Source: Candidatus Falkowbacteria bacterium (GTDB lineage Bacteria; Patescibacteriota; Patescibacteriia; Patescibacteriales; UBA12075). From it: DNA of 64,000 nt. How positions within the stretch are numbered: the stretch's first letter is position 1; every line of letters starts with the position of its first letter. Below, in pieces: positions 63,070 to 64,000 of this stretch. The stretch covers positions 26,508 to 90,507 of the forward strand of contig DOSJ01000012.1 of NCBI GenBank assembly GCA_003514005.1, written 5' to 3'. A model generated the notes under the pieces. That model was not told where the DNA came from. It saw only the letters and a list, made by a program, of their open reading frames with translations, and searched no databases. The translations under genes were made by a program, and so were the position numbers.

Positions 63070-64000
63070 ATGCCAAAAGAACAATTTGAAATGACAATTC
63101 CACCAACGCCGGACTCTGCTGACGTGGCAGAAATCAGAAAAGAACAAAAACAAAGAGCCAGTGAATTGAATAGTGAAATAAAAAATATCCAAGGCGAAAA
63201 AAGTCTTGAGGATTTAAGCATTGACGAGCTTCGGAAAGTGCTGGCGTTATATGAGGATATAAAAAACATTGCGACAGCTGAAACCGTTCCATCCACTCCT
63301 GAATTTGCTCAAGCCAAACTCGAACTGCAAAAATCCGAAACTGAAGCCGTGAGTAAATATTTTGGTAAAAAAATTGAAGTCCTGCCAGTTCCCACCCAAA
63401 TCACAGTTGAACAATTCGAGTTTTGGAAACAAAACCAATTTGAACTTCATTATTGCCCAGGCACAGAAATAAAAGAGGACAGCAAGTTTCCAGGTATGAA
63501 AAAAGGACTAGACGAAGACATATATAAACGGATAAAAGACGGAAGCATTACCCCTGACTCTGCCACCTTGCCAAAAGGCTGGATACTGATTGATGCACGG
63601 CCCAAACCGAATTATGACAATGGCGACCAGATGTATGAAAATGATATTTTGGAAGAGGTTATGGAAAAGTTAAGAATTGCCGGTCAAATCGAAGATTTTA
63701 AACACAAAGGCTCCAGATTCAATTGTTCCTGGGATGAACTAGACAAAGAAATAGTAAAAAAAGCAGTCGCTGAAGTATTAAAAGTCAGACCGGAACAATT
63801 AGAAATGCCAAGTGCCGCTCTATTTAATTATATCGGCAATAAAACCCATTCCGAATGGGGTAAAACAGATACTTGGGAATGGTTTCAGGACAAATTTAAA
63901 AGCGGTTACCGTTTGGACGGCGGTGATTCGGACGACGGCGGTCTTTCGGACGCGGGCTACGCTTCGTCCGGCGATCGGTACGACTACTTGGGTTTCCGTC
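63070..64000 (+). CDS. DGR target 2 (3'-truncated by the window end): stand-alone paralog of the variable C-terminal module
   Basis: Hand translation from ATG 63070: MPKEQFEMTIPPTPDSADVAEIRKEQ...STPEFAQAKLELQKSETEAV...WEWFQDKFKSGYRLDGGDSDDGGLSDAGYASSGDRYDYLGFR. About 235 aa are collinear with the C-terminus of target 1. Not in the ORF track because no stop codon falls inside the window. Confidence 0.85.
   Translation, partial: MPKEQFEMTIPPTPDSADVAEIRKEQKQRASELNSEIKNIQGEKSLEDLSIDELRKVLALYEDIKNIATAETVPSTPEFAQAKLELQKSETEAVSKYFGKKIEVLPVPTQITVEQFEFWKQNQFELHYCPGTEIKEDSKFPGMKKGLDEDIYKRIKDGSITPDSATLPKGWILIDARPKPNYDNGDQMYENDILEEVMEKLRIAGQIEDFKHKGSRFNCSWDELDKEIVKKAVAEVLKVRPEQLEMPSAALFNYIGNKTHSEWGKTDTWEWFQDKFKSGYRLDGGDSDDGGLSDAGYASSGDRYDYLGFR
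63901..64000 (+). repeat. DGR variable repeat 2 (VR2; first 100 of 106 bp visible)
   Basis: 10 differences from the TR. Nine are at TR adenines and one is a synonymous C->T (GGC->GGT). Confidence 0.9.

Larger units (their letters stand above)
61165..64000 (+). mobile_element. Diversity-generating retroelement cassette (VR1 - TR - avd(-) - RT - target 2/VR2)
   Basis: The features above taken together. Confidence 0.9.

Noticed and set aside
1-64000. tRNA or rRNA genes, and alternative genetic code
   Set aside because: No cloverleaf-like GTTCRANYC T-arm contexts or rRNA-like segments were seen. TGA is used as a stop (for example the histidine kinase and the 139-aa gene), and ORFs are full length under the standard code.

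Overview
This 64-kb window is AT-rich and looks like a Candidate Phyla Radiation (Patescibacteria)-type bacterial genome. That placement is an inference from the absence of L30, Shine-Dalgarno-less start contexts, extended ribosomal proteins, truncated UvrB/UvrC, giant surface proteins and a PilB-type ATPase. Everything was identified by reading motifs by eye; no database searches were run.

Layout:
- 1-10.3 kb: a cluster of cell-surface proteins, including a 5'-truncated adhesin-like gene of more than 2170 aa that is visibly more GC-rich than its surroundings.
- 11-19.7 kb: housekeeping genes (map, ruvX, recO, a GGDEF protein, a GAF histidine kinase, a small ferredoxin, uvrC).
- 19.8-27.6 kb: an accessory island between uvrC and uvrB, holding an MNT/HEPN pair, three DUF4143-type AAA ATPases, a DUF1566 protein and a YAWGENIGW-repeat protein.
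- 27.6-37 kb: uvrB, ileS, a PP-loop enzyme, a pilB-like ATPase, a receiver protein, rpmB and an M50 protease.
- 37.3-55.4 kb: the str/S10/spc ribosomal cluster from rpsL to secY.
- 55.5-64 kb: a conflict-type island.

The main discovery lies in the last 8 kb. It is a complete diversity-generating retroelement (DGR): a reverse transcriptase with the GNLTSQ and YADD motifs, an Avd-like four-helix-bundle gene, one 106-bp template repeat (TR) and two variable repeats (VRs). All 10 TR-VR1 differences and 9 of 10 TR-VR2 differences fall on TR adenines. The first target is not a surface protein. It is a signal-peptide-less MoxR-like AAA+ ATPase with the hypervariable tail fused to its C-terminus, sitting in an operon with an HExxH + vWA protein. 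The second target is a free-standing paralog of the variable module.

Secondary observations:
- A G12 homopolymer is shared by the overlapping divergent 5' ends of avd and the RT.
- Word-built inverted repeats fill almost every intergenic spacer, including a 78-bp perfect palindrome.
- MITE-like gtcattcccgcg elements occur between genes, with one copy in frame inside uvrC.
- Some mRNAs appear to be leaderless.
- A candidate sRNA carries an anti-SD-like motif.
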